Part shown: positions 1 to 9,660 of the stretch, piece by piece
How positions within the stretch are numbered: the first letter of the stretch is position 1
How the letters are laid out: each line of letters starts with the position of its first letter
Assembly: GCA_944342055.1 (NCBI GenBank)
Contig: CALVME010000102.1
Span: forward strand, 1-56,712
DNA length: 56,712 nt
Origin: an uncultured Clostridia bacterium
Lineage (GTDB): Bacteria; Bacillota; Clostridia; Christensenellales; Borkfalkiaceae
Reading direction: 5' to 3'
Program-made: the position numbers and the translations under genes
Notes under the pieces: model-generated
Databases searched by the model: none
What the model saw: the letters and a program-made list of their open reading frames with translations, nothing else
Told to the model about the DNA's origin: nothing

Positions 1-351
1 ACGAATCGGAACGGGAAGGGTTTGTCGCGCATCGGCAAGATCAGTCAATATTGTCGCTGTTGTGTAAAAAACACGGAATCCGTCCGCATTTAGATCCTTC
101 TCAATACGGAAAGATTCCGCAAAAGTACAATCTGCAAAAAGACGGGCGTGTCTTTCGCATTCCCGAACATGAGAGACGGTATCCCGTCTGTCTGATATTG
201 CATCGCACGAAAGACGTCAGGTTCAAAGTGTGTGTGCGTCAGTGGCTTTGCGCCGTCTTGCCGAATCGGTGGTTGAAACGTTATGGCGGATGACTTTTGA
301 ATCATTGGAAAAATCCGATCTTTCGGATGCTCTGCCGATGCGCTGCAATGC

Positions 352-693
352 ATGAATGATATTTTTTTGGGAGTGTTTCATATCATTCCGACAAAGCTCG
401 CCGAACCTTTTTGGCGGGAGATGCGAAAAGCTTTGGAATCATTGCTTGCGCTCGGGTGCATTGACGATGATCAAATGCTTCTGTTTATGGCGTCGAGACA
501 AAATCCGAGCTTGTTTGAAATTCATGAGAGCGACTGGTTTCTCGCTCTCAAAGAATGCGGAGCTTCGCACTTGACGGTAAGACAAAAAAAGAAAAGGCGT
601 AGAACGCTTCAGGGCGGTCTTATTTTTGCCTATGCGGCAATGAAATTTGCTTGGAAATCTGTTCTAAGATTTTATCAGAACCCGCCGTTTTAA
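352..693 (+). CDS. hypothetical protein (weak ORF in a region of broken reading frames)
   Basis: 113-aa ATG ORF MNDIFLGVFHIIPTKLAEPFWREM... The N-terminal two thirds look protein-like, but the tail is K/R-rich and odd. No Shine-Dalgarno. Preceded by two other open frames (frame 3 nt 3-293, frame 2 nt 173-355). Confidence 0.3.
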   Translation: MNDIFLGVFHIIPTKLAEPFWREMRKALESLLALGCIDDDQMLLFMASRQNPSLFEIHESDWFLALKECGASHLTVRQKKKRRRTLQGGLIFAYAAMKFAWKSVLRFYQNPPF

Positions 694-707
694 TTTTAGG
701 AGATACT

Positions 708-1964
708 ATGGAGAAAAAACCGTTTGTAACCAAAGAGCAAATCGAGGATATCGTAAAGACGTATCCCACGCCCTTTCATCTTTACGACGAGAAGGGAATT
801 CGCGATAAAGCGCGGAAGCTGAAAAAGGCTTTTGCCTGGAACGCCGGATTCAAAGAATATTTTGCCGTAAAAGCTACGCCGAATCCTTATTTAATGCAGA
901 TTTTGCGCGAAGAGGGAATCGGTGTCGACTGCTCTTCCTTGACAGAACTTATGCTTTCGGACGTCGTGGGATTTCACGGAAAAGAGATCATGTTTTCTTC
1001 CAACGTGACACCCGAGGCGGATTTCCGTTTGGCGGCGAAACTCGGAGCGATCGTCAATTTTGACGATCTCACGCATGTCGATTATTATGCGGGGATCGCG
1101 CCCTGTTTGGAGACTGTGTGCTGCCGCTACAATCCGGGCGGAGATTTTACGTTGCAAAATCACATCATGGATTCGCCCAAAGACGCAAAATACGGTATGA
1201 CGAAGGAGCAGATGAAGGAAGCGTTCCGCAAGATGAAGGGATATGGCGTAAAACATTTCGGCATCCATGCTTTTTTGGCTTCCAATACCACGGAAAACGG
1301 TTATTATCCCAAGCTTGCTCGCATTTTGTTTGAACTTGCCGTCGAACTGTCGGAAGAGATCGGCGTGCACATCGCCTTTGTCAACCTTTCGGGCGGCGTC
1401 GGGATCGCCTACAGACCCGATCAGAAGGAAAATGACATCGAAGTCATCGGCGAAGGCGTGCGCAAGGCGTATGAAGAGATCCTTGTCCCCGCAGGGATGG
1501 GAGACGTTGCCATCTTCACAGAGCTCGGCAGATATATGCTGGCTCCGCACGGCTGTCTCGTCGCGAAAGTGTTGCACGAAAAACACATCTGGAAAGAGTA
1601 CGTCGGACTTGACGCTTGCGCGGCGAACCTGATGCGGCCGGCCATGTACGGGGCGTATCATCATATCACGGTGCTCGGCAAAGAGAACGAACCTTGCGAT
1701 CACAAATACGATGTCACGGGCGGATTGTGCGAGAACAACGATAAGTTTGCGATCGACAGAATGTTGCCGAAGATCGATATCGGCGATTATGTGGTCATTC
1801 ACGATACGGGCGCGCACGGATTCTCGATGGGTTACAATTATAACGGGAAACTGCGTTCGGCAGAGCTCCTTTTAAAGGAGGACGGTTCCGTGCAGTGCAT
1901 CCGCCGCGCAGAGACGCCGAACGATTATTTTGCGACGCTCGATCTGACGCCGTTCCGCAAATGA
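708..1964 (+). CDS. lysA: PLP-dependent Orn/DAP/Arg-family decarboxylase, most likely diaminopimelate decarboxylase
   Basis: ORF 651-1964 trimmed to ATG 708, with AGGAGA just upstream. TYPTPFHLYDEKGIR...FAVKATPNP (PLP-lysine context), a GGVGI glycine loop and CENNDKF near the C-terminus are typical of clostridial LysA-type enzymes. Confidence 0.75.
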   Translation: MEKKPFVTKEQIEDIVKTYPTPFHLYDEKGIRDKARKLKKAFAWNAGFKEYFAVKATPNPYLMQILREEGIGVDCSSLTELMLSDVVGFHGKEIMFSSNVTPEADFRLAAKLGAIVNFDDLTHVDYYAGIAPCLETVCCRYNPGGDFTLQNHIMDSPKDAKYGMTKEQMKEAFRKMKGYGVKHFGIHAFLASNTTENGYYPKLARILFELAVELSEEIGVHIAFVNLSGGVGIAYRPDQKENDIEVIGEGVRKAYEEILVPAGMGDVAIFTELGRYMLAPHGCLVAKVLHEKHIWKEYVGLDACAANLMRPAMYGAYHHITVLGKENEPCDHKYDVTGGLCENNDKFAIDRMLPKIDIGDYVVIHDTGAHGFSMGYNYNGKLRSAELLLKEDGSVQCIRRAETPNDYFATLDLTPFRK

Positions 1965-2962
1965 GACTGTGCATTTTCGGAGCGGGCGCCATGGGAACGG
2001 TGCTCGGAGCGCATCTTGCGCGGGCGGGCGTCTCCGTCGATCTGGTGAGCCGCAATCGCGCGCATGTAGAGGCGATGCGGTTGCATGGCGCCAAAATCGT
2101 CGGAAAGGCAAATTTTGTGCAAACGGTCACGGCTTATCTGCCGGATGAGCTGTCCGAGCCGTATGATCTGATCTTTCTGATGACCAAACAGCGCGACAAC
2201 GCGAATACGGCGGAATTTTTAAAATCGATTTTAAAGGAAGACGGCGCGATCTGTACGTTGCAGAACGGATTGCCTGAGCCCGTTATCGCCGAGGTCATCG
2301 GACCGAACAGGACGTACGGTTGCGCGGCGGTCTGGGGTGCCAATCTTTTGCAGCCTGGGGTCGCCGAACTGACGAGCGACGATCTGAGTTTTTCGCTGGG
2401 CGCATTCGGGAAAGATTCGGAGAATTTGCAGGAAATTTCATCCATCCTTTCGCGTATGGGAAGGGTATATGAGGAGCCAAACTTAATAGGGGCGCGTTGG
2501 GCAAAGCTGATGATCAACGCGGCGTTTTCCTCGCTGTCCGTGATCACAGGAACTACGTTCGGCACGGTTGCAAAGAAATTTCGGTCCAGGAAGATCGCCT
2601 TGGCGATTTTGCAGGAGTGTATCGAAGTGGCAGAAGCGGCAAAAATACGAATCGCGCCTCTGCAAGGGCATGACGTGGCAAAGCTGCTCGGATATAAAAC
2701 CGCATGCAAGAGGTGTTTTTCGTTTGCGATCCTGCCTTTGTGCATGAAGCATCACCGCGATCTGGTGTCAGGCATGCTGCTCGATCTCAAACGCGGCAGG
2801 CGTACGGAGATCGATTACATCAACGGCGTCGTCTGCGCGTACGGAAGAAAATTCGGCGTCGCGACGCCATACAACGACAAGGCAGTCGAATTGGTGCACG
2901 GCATAGAAAACGGTATCTGCGAGAGTTCGTTCGAGAGCCTTGTCTTTTTTGAAAAGCTCTGA
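1961..2962 (+). CDS. panE: 2-dehydropantoate 2-reductase (ApbA/PanE family)
   Basis: ORF 1895-2962 trimmed to ATG 1961, which overlaps the lysA stop (ATGA). N-terminal Rossmann motif MRLCIFGAGAMGTVLG. C-terminal RGRRTEIDYINGVV is typical of ketopantoate reductases. Confidence 0.7.
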   Translation: MRLCIFGAGAMGTVLGAHLARAGVSVDLVSRNRAHVEAMRLHGAKIVGKANFVQTVTAYLPDELSEPYDLIFLMTKQRDNANTAEFLKSILKEDGAICTLQNGLPEPVIAEVIGPNRTYGCAAVWGANLLQPGVAELTSDDLSFSLGAFGKDSENLQEISSILSRMGRVYEEPNLIGARWAKLMINAAFSSLSVITGTTFGTVAKKFRSRKIALAILQECIEVAEAAKIRIAPLQGHDVAKLLGYKTACKRCFSFAILPLCMKHHRDLVSGMLLDLKRGRRTEIDYINGVVCAYGRKFGVATPYNDKAVELVHGIENGICESSFESLVFFEKL

Positions 2963-2979
2963 TTGCGGAGGGGAGTACC

Positions 2980-4701
2980 ATGAATTTGATCGATTGTGCG
3001 GCAAAGAGAAAAAAAGCGGATCTGGTCATCAAAGGCGGCTTCGTCGTAAACGTATTTACGGGGAAGTGTGAGCGCGGCGACGTTGCGATCTGCGAAGGCA
3101 AAATAGCAGGAATCGGTTTTGGTTACGAAGCCGAGACGACGATTTGCGCAGAGAATCAATTTGTGTTGCCGGGGCTGATCGACGGACACATTCATGTCGA
3201 AAGTACCATGCTTTCTCCGGAAGAGTTTACAAAACTCGCCGTGCGGCACGGAACGACAGGAATTGTGGCAGATCCGCACGAGTTGACGAACGTGTGCGGC
3301 ATTGCGGGGGCAGAGTACATTGCCAAAGCGTTTTCTCTTATCAAATGCGGCGACGTCAATCCGATAGACGTCTATCTGCAACTTCCTTCCTGCGTGCCCG
3401 CTACGCCGTTTGAGACGAGCGGAGCTGTCCTTACGGGAGAGGATACGGCGCGCGAAATCCGGAGAGAACTCTTTCACGGGCTCGGGGAGATGATGAATTA
3501 TCCCGGTGTGGTCGGAGGCGACGCAGATACGCTTCGGAAATTGACGGCGGCGCAGTCTGAACACAAGGTGATCGACGGACACGCTCCCGGATTGACGGGC
3601 GATTCGCTCAATGCTTACATCGCGTCCGGCATCGCGACGGATCACGAATGCATGACGCGGGCAGAGGCGGAGGAAAAGGTCGCGCGAGGTTTGTATTGCC
3701 ATCTGCGCCACGGCTCTTCCGCGCACAATCTTGAGAAAAATCTGCAGGCGGTGACGGACGCGAATTTTCGCCGTTTTCTGCTCTGTACGGATGATCGGAA
3801 TGCTTCCGATCTGCTGACGAAGGGATATTTAGACGACGCGTTGAAAACTGCCGTATCCTGCGGCATGGATCCCGTGCGGGCAGTGACGCTTGCGACGCTG
3901 AACGCGGCGGAATGTTACCGTCTTTGCGGCAAGGGAGCCGTCGCTCCCGGCTATGACGCGGATCTGGTCATTGTCAAAGATCTGCAGGAATTTGAAGTGT
4001 TGACCGTATTAAAGCGCGGCGTCACGGTCTATGCGGAGGGGAAAGAGCGTTTCGACGTTTCCGTTCGCTATCTCCCCGATACAGTGAAAAATACCGTACG
4101 CGTTGCGGCGGTTACGGCGGATAGTTTTCGCCTTGCGGTGAGGTCTGAAAAACTGCACGCCATGGAGATGCTGCCGCACAATCTCGTTACGAAAGACGTG
4201 ATCGTCTCTGTCCGCTCGGAGAACGGCGACGTGGCTCTGAGCGACGATCTTTTGAAACTTGCGGTCGTGGAGAGGCATTTTGCGACGGGCAACATAGGTC
4301 TCGGCATCGTAAAAGGATTTGGCTTCCGCGGCGGCGCTTTGGGCATTTCCGTCGCGCACGACAGCCACAATCTCATCGTGCTCGGCGACAGCAACGAAGC
4401 GATGGCGAAGGCGGTGCGCGCATTGGAGCGCATCGGCGGGGGCATGGTGCTGATCGGAAACGATAAGGAGCGCGTTTTGCCTCTTGACATTACGGGGCTG
4501 ATGAGTTCGCTTCCCGCAGAGGAGGTGGCGCGACGCAGCGGGGAACTGTCCGCTCGCGCAAAGGAAATGGGGGTCAGGGATGGCTATGAACCGTTTATGA
4601 GTCTGGCGTTCTTGTCGCTCGCCGTCATTCCCGAGCTCAAACTGACCGATCGCGGCCTGTTTGACGTGCGCACGTTCTCATTTATGAACATCGAGGATTG
4701 A
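2980..4701 (+). CDS. ade: adenine deaminase
   Basis: 573-aa amidohydrolase with PGLIDGHIHVESTML metal-binding motif and the length and layout of Ade; GGAGGGGAG upstream of ATG 2980. Confidence 0.85.
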   Translation: MNLIDCAAKRKKADLVIKGGFVVNVFTGKCERGDVAICEGKIAGIGFGYEAETTICAENQFVLPGLIDGHIHVESTMLSPEEFTKLAVRHGTTGIVADPHELTNVCGIAGAEYIAKAFSLIKCGDVNPIDVYLQLPSCVPATPFETSGAVLTGEDTAREIRRELFHGLGEMMNYPGVVGGDADTLRKLTAAQSEHKVIDGHAPGLTGDSLNAYIASGIATDHECMTRAEAEEKVARGLYCHLRHGSSAHNLEKNLQAVTDANFRRFLLCTDDRNASDLLTKGYLDDALKTAVSCGMDPVRAVTLATLNAAECYRLCGKGAVAPGYDADLVIVKDLQEFEVLTVLKRGVTVYAEGKERFDVSVRYLPDTVKNTVRVAAVTADSFRLAVRSEKLHAMEMLPHNLVTKDVIVSVRSENGDVALSDDLLKLAVVERHFATGNIGLGIVKGFGFRGGALGISVAHDSHNLIVLGDSNEAMAKAVRALERIGGGMVLIGNDKERVLPLDITGLMSSLPAEEVARRSGELSARAKEMGVRDGYEPFMSLAFLSLAVIPELKLTDRGLFDVRTFSFMNIED

Positions 4702-4703
4702 TT

Positions 4704-5147
4704 ATGTCTGACACAAAAAAACAGATTACGGTGCAGATCGTCGCCGTGCTCGCGATCGTATTGGCGTTGACGGTAACCATCTTTGTCACGTTTTCGTCTC
4801 TGATCAAAAAAAACAAGTTGATTACGGCGGAATCTTCTCTGCAAAACGCCGCGCTCGCGGTGCTCCTCTATGAGGGACAGTTAAAAGAATTTTCAGGTTA
4901 TCTCATTTACTTTGAAGACGCACAGGATTTTTCGCGCACCGAGTACGAGGGAACGGTGGCTTATGTCGCGATCGACCGTGAGAGCGGGGAAGACGTTTCG
5001 GAGATGCGGATAGCGGCAAACAGAGACGATATCCCTCTGCAGGGCGGCTCCTTTGCCGCGGGCGTCGGTGTCACCGCAATCGTGAACTCCGTGTTGCACG
5101 ATGCGCTGAAAGAGCTCGGCGTTTCTTATTACAGAGTGACGACATGA
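4704..5147 (+). CDS. hypothetical membrane-anchored protein
   Basis: ORF 4698-5147 (TTG) trimmed to ATG 4704 with GAGGA upstream. Starts 3 nt after the ade stop. One N-terminal TM helix (ITVQIVAVLAIVLALTVTIFVTF). No recognisable catalytic motif. Confidence 0.55.
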   Translation: MSDTKKQITVQIVAVLAIVLALTVTIFVTFSSLIKKNKLITAESSLQNAALAVLLYEGQLKEFSGYLIYFEDAQDFSRTEYEGTVAYVAIDRESGEDVSEMRIAANRDDIPLQGGSFAAGVGVTAIVNSVLHDALKELGVSYYRVTT

Positions 5148-6580
5148 AAGACTTTTCCCTCGAGGATTTCCGCAGACGCTGGAAACGCACGCCGAAAGAG
5201 CGCAAACAGCACATGCTGTTTACCTTTATTCTGATCGTCGTCTCCGTCATTGTTGCGATCATCCCGCTTATCGCACAGACGATTCGGCAACAGAATTCTC
5301 CTGAGGATGACCAAACCGTCAGGAAGTTGCGGCAGATCACGGCTGGGGCGGAGAGCTATGAAGACGTCATATTGTGCTTGGAAAGAGAGAATATCGACCT
5401 GCAAGGCCTGGTGCCTTCGGATGCGGGATTGTGTTATGTGTGGGATAGCGGCACGAAGACCGTTTCGCTCAGGACGCAAGAGGCGCTTCCCGCTCTTACC
5501 CCTTCGCTTTGCTTTTTCGATTATTTTACGGAGGAGACCTGCCTGTGCGGTTCTGCCGACGGCATCGATTACTATGTGATCGGTTTTCCGCTCACCGTTT
5601 GTGCCGATCTTCGCTCCGTTTATTCGGGCAGATATGAGCCGGAAAAAGAGCCGATCTTTCTGAGCGAGGGCATCTATCTCGATTTCGTGCGCATCGTCTA
5701 CGGCGATACGTTGTTTGTGAATCAGGTTTCTTTCAGCGGTTTTTCTTTTTACAGGGCAGGGGAACCTGCGACGAGAGATTCCGCTTTGCAAGCGAAGACC
5801 GTGATATTCGGCTCCTTGGACGCCGAGAACCTTGACGCGTCCTATGCGGACATTTCTTTGGGCTTGGCGGCGGAATATTGCGGCAATGCCGAAACGATCG
5901 TTCTCAGCGAAAAGACGGTATCGATCGACGCAAAGCTCGCACAATGCTCGCCGCATTTAAAGGAGTTTGTCTGCGACGGCAACGCAAGATACGCGGTCAT
6001 GACCGGGGCATTGGTCGATCAGAGCAATATGCGGCTGCTCGCATACCCTGCCGCCCGTGAGGAAAGTGAGGCGGTCGTAAGCGAGTCGATACGTTCCGTC
6101 GAAGAGGGCGCATTTCGCAATGCGCAAATCGAAAGTCTTACGTTGCCTTTCGTCGGACAGAGCAGGGGCGCTTCCGGCGGGAGCATGGGTTTGTTCGGGT
6201 ACATTTTCGGCGTCTCGGATGTCGGCGTCGGACAGCAGATCGGCAATTCGGTTTTGACGTTCGCCATTCCGCTCTCTCTTCACACGGTCGTTCTGACCGA
6301 TGAAGTCAAAATTTCGAAGGGAGCGTTTTCCGGTTGTCCTCTTCGGTCGATCGTGCTCAATGAAGGTATTTCGGAAATCGGAGACGACGCCTTTAACGGA
6401 TGCCGCTTTCTCAGTGAGCTGATCATTCCCGATTCCGTTGAAAAGATGTCTCTGTCCGCCGATCAGGTTCTTCCCTCTTTGGAACGGCTTTCCTGTCCTT
6501 CGAAACTGCATTTGGAATATGTCGAAGAGGGGTTTTTTGCGCTGACAGACGGAACGCGGACGACGTACACAAAAATCTGA
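5144..6580 (+). CDS. membrane-anchored protein with C-terminal BspA-type leucine-rich repeats
   Basis: ATG 5144 overlaps the upstream stop (ATGA). Basic N-terminus plus a TM helix (MLFTFILIVVSVIVAIIPLIA). The C-terminal third has repeats of the I..V..IG..AF..C..L..I.IP.SV type (SIRSVEEGAFRNAQIESLTLP; ISEIGDDAFNGCRFLSELIIPDSV). Confidence 0.6.
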   Translation: MKDFSLEDFRRRWKRTPKERKQHMLFTFILIVVSVIVAIIPLIAQTIRQQNSPEDDQTVRKLRQITAGAESYEDVILCLERENIDLQGLVPSDAGLCYVWDSGTKTVSLRTQEALPALTPSLCFFDYFTEETCLCGSADGIDYYVIGFPLTVCADLRSVYSGRYEPEKEPIFLSEGIYLDFVRIVYGDTLFVNQVSFSGFSFYRAGEPATRDSALQAKTVIFGSLDAENLDASYADISLGLAAEYCGNAETIVLSEKTVSIDAKLAQCSPHLKEFVCDGNARYAVMTGALVDQSNMRLLAYPAAREESEAVVSESIRSVEEGAFRNAQIESLTLPFVGQSRGASGGSMGLFGYIFGVSDVGVGQQIGNSVLTFAIPLSLHTVVLTDEVKISKGAFSGCPLRSIVLNEGISEIGDDAFNGCRFLSELIIPDSVEKMSLSADQVLPSLERLSCPSKLHLEYVEEGFFALTDGTRTTYTKI

Positions 6581-6606
6581 AAAATACACACGGCGCGAGG
6601 GGTGAC

Positions 6607-7098
6607 ATGCTGAGAAAGTGGTCTTTGAACGACAAAAAAGCATTGGCAAAGCTCTGCAACGAGGTTGACAGAACGTTTCTTAGTCACAGAATGACGTTCC
6701 CTTATACGGAAAAAAATGCTGAAGAGTGGTTGGAACACATAGAAAAAACGGAGGGAGTCGACGGCGTTTTTCGCGCAATCGTCTTTGAAGGCAAAATCGT
6801 GGGAAATGCTTCCGTTGAAAAAATGAGCGACATACGATGTCGGGATGCCGAGATAGGATATTTTGTTTCGGAAGAATTTTATTCGCGCGGCATTGCGACG
6901 GAAGCGGTCAGAGAAATCTGTGAAATTGCCTTTCGGGAAATGCCGATCGTGCGGATCACGGGGTTGGTTTTCGGGAGAAATATCGCTTCTCAACGAGTGT
7001 TGGATAAAAACGGATTTGTCTTGGAGGGAAATTTGCGAAACGCCGCGACAAAAAACGGAGTTTCAGACGATATTCTTGTGTACGGAAAACTGAAATAG
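6607..7098 (+). CDS. GNAT family N-acetyltransferase (RimJ/RimL-like)
   Basis: 163-aa ORF whose acetyl-CoA-binding core (YSRGIATEAVREICEIAF) and size are typical of GNAT enzymes. Confidence 0.7.
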   Translation: MLRKWSLNDKKALAKLCNEVDRTFLSHRMTFPYTEKNAEEWLEHIEKTEGVDGVFRAIVFEGKIVGNASVEKMSDIRCRDAEIGYFVSEEFYSRGIATEAVREICEIAFREMPIVRITGLVFGRNIASQRVLDKNGFVLEGNLRNAATKNGVSDDILVYGKLK

Positions 7099-7120
7099 AG
7101 CATCGGATGCCAAACCAAAG

Positions 7121-7156
7121 AGAAGCCCGCAGCGAGCGCTGCGGGCTTCTTTCTGT
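7121..7156. terminator. bidirectional intrinsic terminator between the GNAT gene and the DUF2207 gene
   Basis: Perfect hairpin AGAAGCCCGCAGCG-AGC-GCTGCGGGCTTCT followed by TTCTGTT; convergent genes on both sides. Confidence 0.8.
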
Positions 7157-7192
7157 TGTCGGACAAATACAATTTTCATAAGGGCGAAAGGC

Positions 7193-9040
7193 TCAGCAAC
7201 CTCTTCCGCCGCCGCCTCCGAAGCCGCCGCCTCCGCTGAATCCTCCGCCGAAGCCGCCGCTGATGCCGCCGCCGTTTCCGGAAGGCTTGGAGAGCATAGA
7301 GGATGCCATGGCGTGAGACGTGCTTCTCAGAAGAGAATGGATCACGATTACGTCAAAGACGTCCGCACGATAGCCGACAGCCCAGGAAGGAGGGTCTATG
7401 GTCAGCGCTTCAAAACGCTTTGTCCATTCCTTCGTCACGCCGAGAACCTGCGCATAGGGCAGAATGTGGTAATACAGTTCGGGGGACGTTTCCAACATGA
7501 ATTTGAGCTTATCTTTCTCGGTATAGAGAATGAAATTTTTGAAGCCGATGATCTGACCCAGCGTCTTTGCATAGGACGCGGTATGCCTGATGCCGTTGCC
7601 ATAAAGGAAACAGACGGCTGCGAGGACGATCGACGCGATCAAATGCGCGAGCAGAGAGATCGAATACGCTCGGAAAAGCCCGATCCCCAAGGCGGCGACG
7701 GCGGTCAGCGCGATTGCGGCAATCGGCTTTTTCTTCCATCTGACGAATGCTGCGCCGACGCCGAAAATATAGCCGAGCAGGGCGGGAACGATCAGAAGCA
7801 GAGGCATATATGCAACGTATCCGCCGCCGATCGCGCGGAAGCGCAGAAATTCCTGGACGATCAACGCGGCGGCGCTGCAAAGCGCCGGTATGGCGGAAAC
7901 GAGATAAGATTTGATTTCATACAAATTGCCGACGGAGGACGACGCGAGCATCTTGACGCTTTCGGCGGTTTTGTAAAAGCTGTTTTTGAGTGAGCAGCTT
8001 ACCACCAGGCGGTCTCCGTGCGCAAAGAGCGCGTCGTACATCGTTTTTTGATGTTGGGGGGATCCGTCGGGAAGGGCAGTGCGCACGCGCAGCAATACAG
8101 GATCGTCGGGATCGGAAAAATCGATCTTGATGTAACCTTTGTCCGCCCAATAATAGATGAGCGAAGTGATGTCCTCGTTGTCCACGGCATTGTCGATGTA
8201 TTTCCCCATTTGCAAAGGGTCCATCTCCTCGGGAGCAGTGAAATTAACTACGGGCACGATCTCTCTCTGACGATAGACCGAGCGGAAGACGAGAGCGGCC
8301 AGAAGCGTGATCGCTGCGACGATCCCTGCCGTTATCAGATCGCTCCCGACAATCGTTCCGTAAGTACGGGAGACGAGCGTTCCCGAGACAAATCTCGCTT
8401 CCACGGAAATGCCATATCCGCTCGGGATGTAGTCGGCGGTGATCGAAATCGTGCCGTCGTCAAAAGCAAACGAATCGTAGGCAATGGCGGATTCTCCTTC
8501 CTTTCCGTACCATACGTCGTATTCGGACAGGGCTCCTGCGATCTCACTGTCGAGAATGAAGTATGCCGTCACATTGTTGAGCGGCATGCTCCAGCCATAT
8601 GGGATGACGTCGTAAGTCAACGCATCCTTGTTCTCCTGGTCGGGCACAGATACCTCGTAATTGAGCGTATAGGTGCGGTTTTGTCCCGTCGCAACGGCGT
8701 CTCCCCGAAGGTAGACGGACAGATATCCGTCGACTTCGTCGATCGTCTGATAATGGAAATCAGCGTGATCGCAAGAAGCCGTAATCCCCGAAATCAGCTC
8801 TCCGTTGTTAATCGAAAGATCGCGGATGATGCCGTGGCTGTCTCTTCCCGTCAGCGTCACGTCGATGACTTCCGTCACTTGCAGCGTATGGTCGCGGTGC
8901 ATCGTTGCCGTCACCGTATAGGCGTTGACGCGATAAGAATAATTAGGGTTTTCTTCCGCATGGGAAGCGATTGCCTTGTTCGGAAACAGCAACAAGGCGA
9001 GCGAGATCAGCGCCGACAGAATGAGCAGGCATTTTTTCAT
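7193..9040 (-). CDS. DUF2207 family membrane protein with glycine-rich C-terminal tail
   Basis: 615 aa: signal peptide, large extracytoplasmic domain, several TM helices, and a terminal GGGISGGFGGGFSGGGGFGGGGGRGC tail. That layout is characteristic of DUF2207. Starts 2 nt after the lemA stop. Confidence 0.75.
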   Translation of the reverse strand: MKKCLLILSALISLALLLFPNKAIASHAEENPNYSYRVNAYTVTATMHRDHTLQVTEVIDVTLTGRDSHGIIRDLSINNGELISGITASCDHADFHYQTIDEVDGYLSVYLRGDAVATGQNRTYTLNYEVSVPDQENKDALTYDVIPYGWSMPLNNVTAYFILDSEIAGALSEYDVWYGKEGESAIAYDSFAFDDGTISITADYIPSGYGISVEARFVSGTLVSRTYGTIVGSDLITAGIVAAITLLAALVFRSVYRQREIVPVVNFTAPEEMDPLQMGKYIDNAVDNEDITSLIYYWADKGYIKIDFSDPDDPVLLRVRTALPDGSPQHQKTMYDALFAHGDRLVVSCSLKNSFYKTAESVKMLASSSVGNLYEIKSYLVSAIPALCSAAALIVQEFLRFRAIGGGYVAYMPLLLIVPALLGYIFGVGAAFVRWKKKPIAAIALTAVAALGIGLFRAYSISLLAHLIASIVLAAVCFLYGNGIRHTASYAKTLGQIIGFKNFILYTEKDKLKFMLETSPELYYHILPYAQVLGVTKEWTKRFEALTIDPPSWAVGYRADVFDVIVIHSLLRSTSHAMASSMLSKPSGNGGGISGGFGGGFSGGGGFGGGGGRGC

Positions 9041-9042
9041 GA

Positions 9043-9630
9043 TCAGAAGCTCACTTTCACGTTCTTTCTCTCTTCTTCGCTGTCAAGTTCGAAGTAGGGA
9101 TATTTTTTCAGTTTCATCATGCTCGCAACCAAATTGGACGGGAACATTTCGATTTTGGTATTGAGCGTCTTGACGGTGCCGTTATAGTATTTTCTCGCGG
9201 AGGCGAGCTCGTTTTCGATTTGTTTAAGCTGATTTTGGAGATCCAGGAAATTGGTGTTTGCCTGCAGCTGAGGATATGACTCGGCGACGACGTTGAAGAG
9301 CGTCTTTAAGTTGTTGGTAAGTTCTTTTTCCGCTGCGATTTTGGCTTCACCCGTGCTTGCCTGCATGGCGATGTTGCGGGAAGCGATGACTTTTTGAAGC
9401 GTTTCGCTCTCATGTTTCGCAAACCCTTTGACGGTTTCGACGAGATTGGGGATCAGATCGTACCTCTTTTTCAGGTAAACGTCGATGGTCGCCCAGGCTT
9501 CTTCCACGACGTTTTTCAACCTGACAAACGAATTGTACGCGCCGACGAAAAGAATGATGAGCAAAACGACGACGATCGCTACGGCGATGCCGACGATAGC
9601 TCCGGTAGAGATAAGCAGAGAATGGTTCAT
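9043..9630 (-). CDS. lemA: LemA family protein
   Basis: 195 aa with an N-terminal TM helix and conserved LemA blocks (YNSFVRLKN...AWATIDVYLKKRYDLIPNLVETVKGFAKHE...FPSNLVA). GGAGAG SD. Confidence 0.85.
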   Translation of the reverse strand: MNHSLLISTGAIVGIAVAIVVVLLIILFVGAYNSFVRLKNVVEEAWATIDVYLKKRYDLIPNLVETVKGFAKHESETLQKVIASRNIAMQASTGEAKIAAEKELTNNLKTLFNVVAESYPQLQANTNFLDLQNQLKQIENELASARKYYNGTVKTLNTKIEMFPSNLVASMMKLKKYPYFELDSEEERKNVKVSF

Positions 9631-9660
9631 ATAACTCTCCTTTTGTGTTATAGTAGTCCT

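Noticed and set aside
7193-7275. CCGCC/GCCGCC-rich repetitive DNA. The A/C/G-rich low-complexity stretch at 20737-21072 raised the same question of tandem repeats or a CRISPR-like array.
   Set aside because: Both are in-frame low-complexity coding sequence: the Gly/Phe tail of DUF2207 and the K/T/A/S extension of GlgA. There is no regular repeat-spacer unit.
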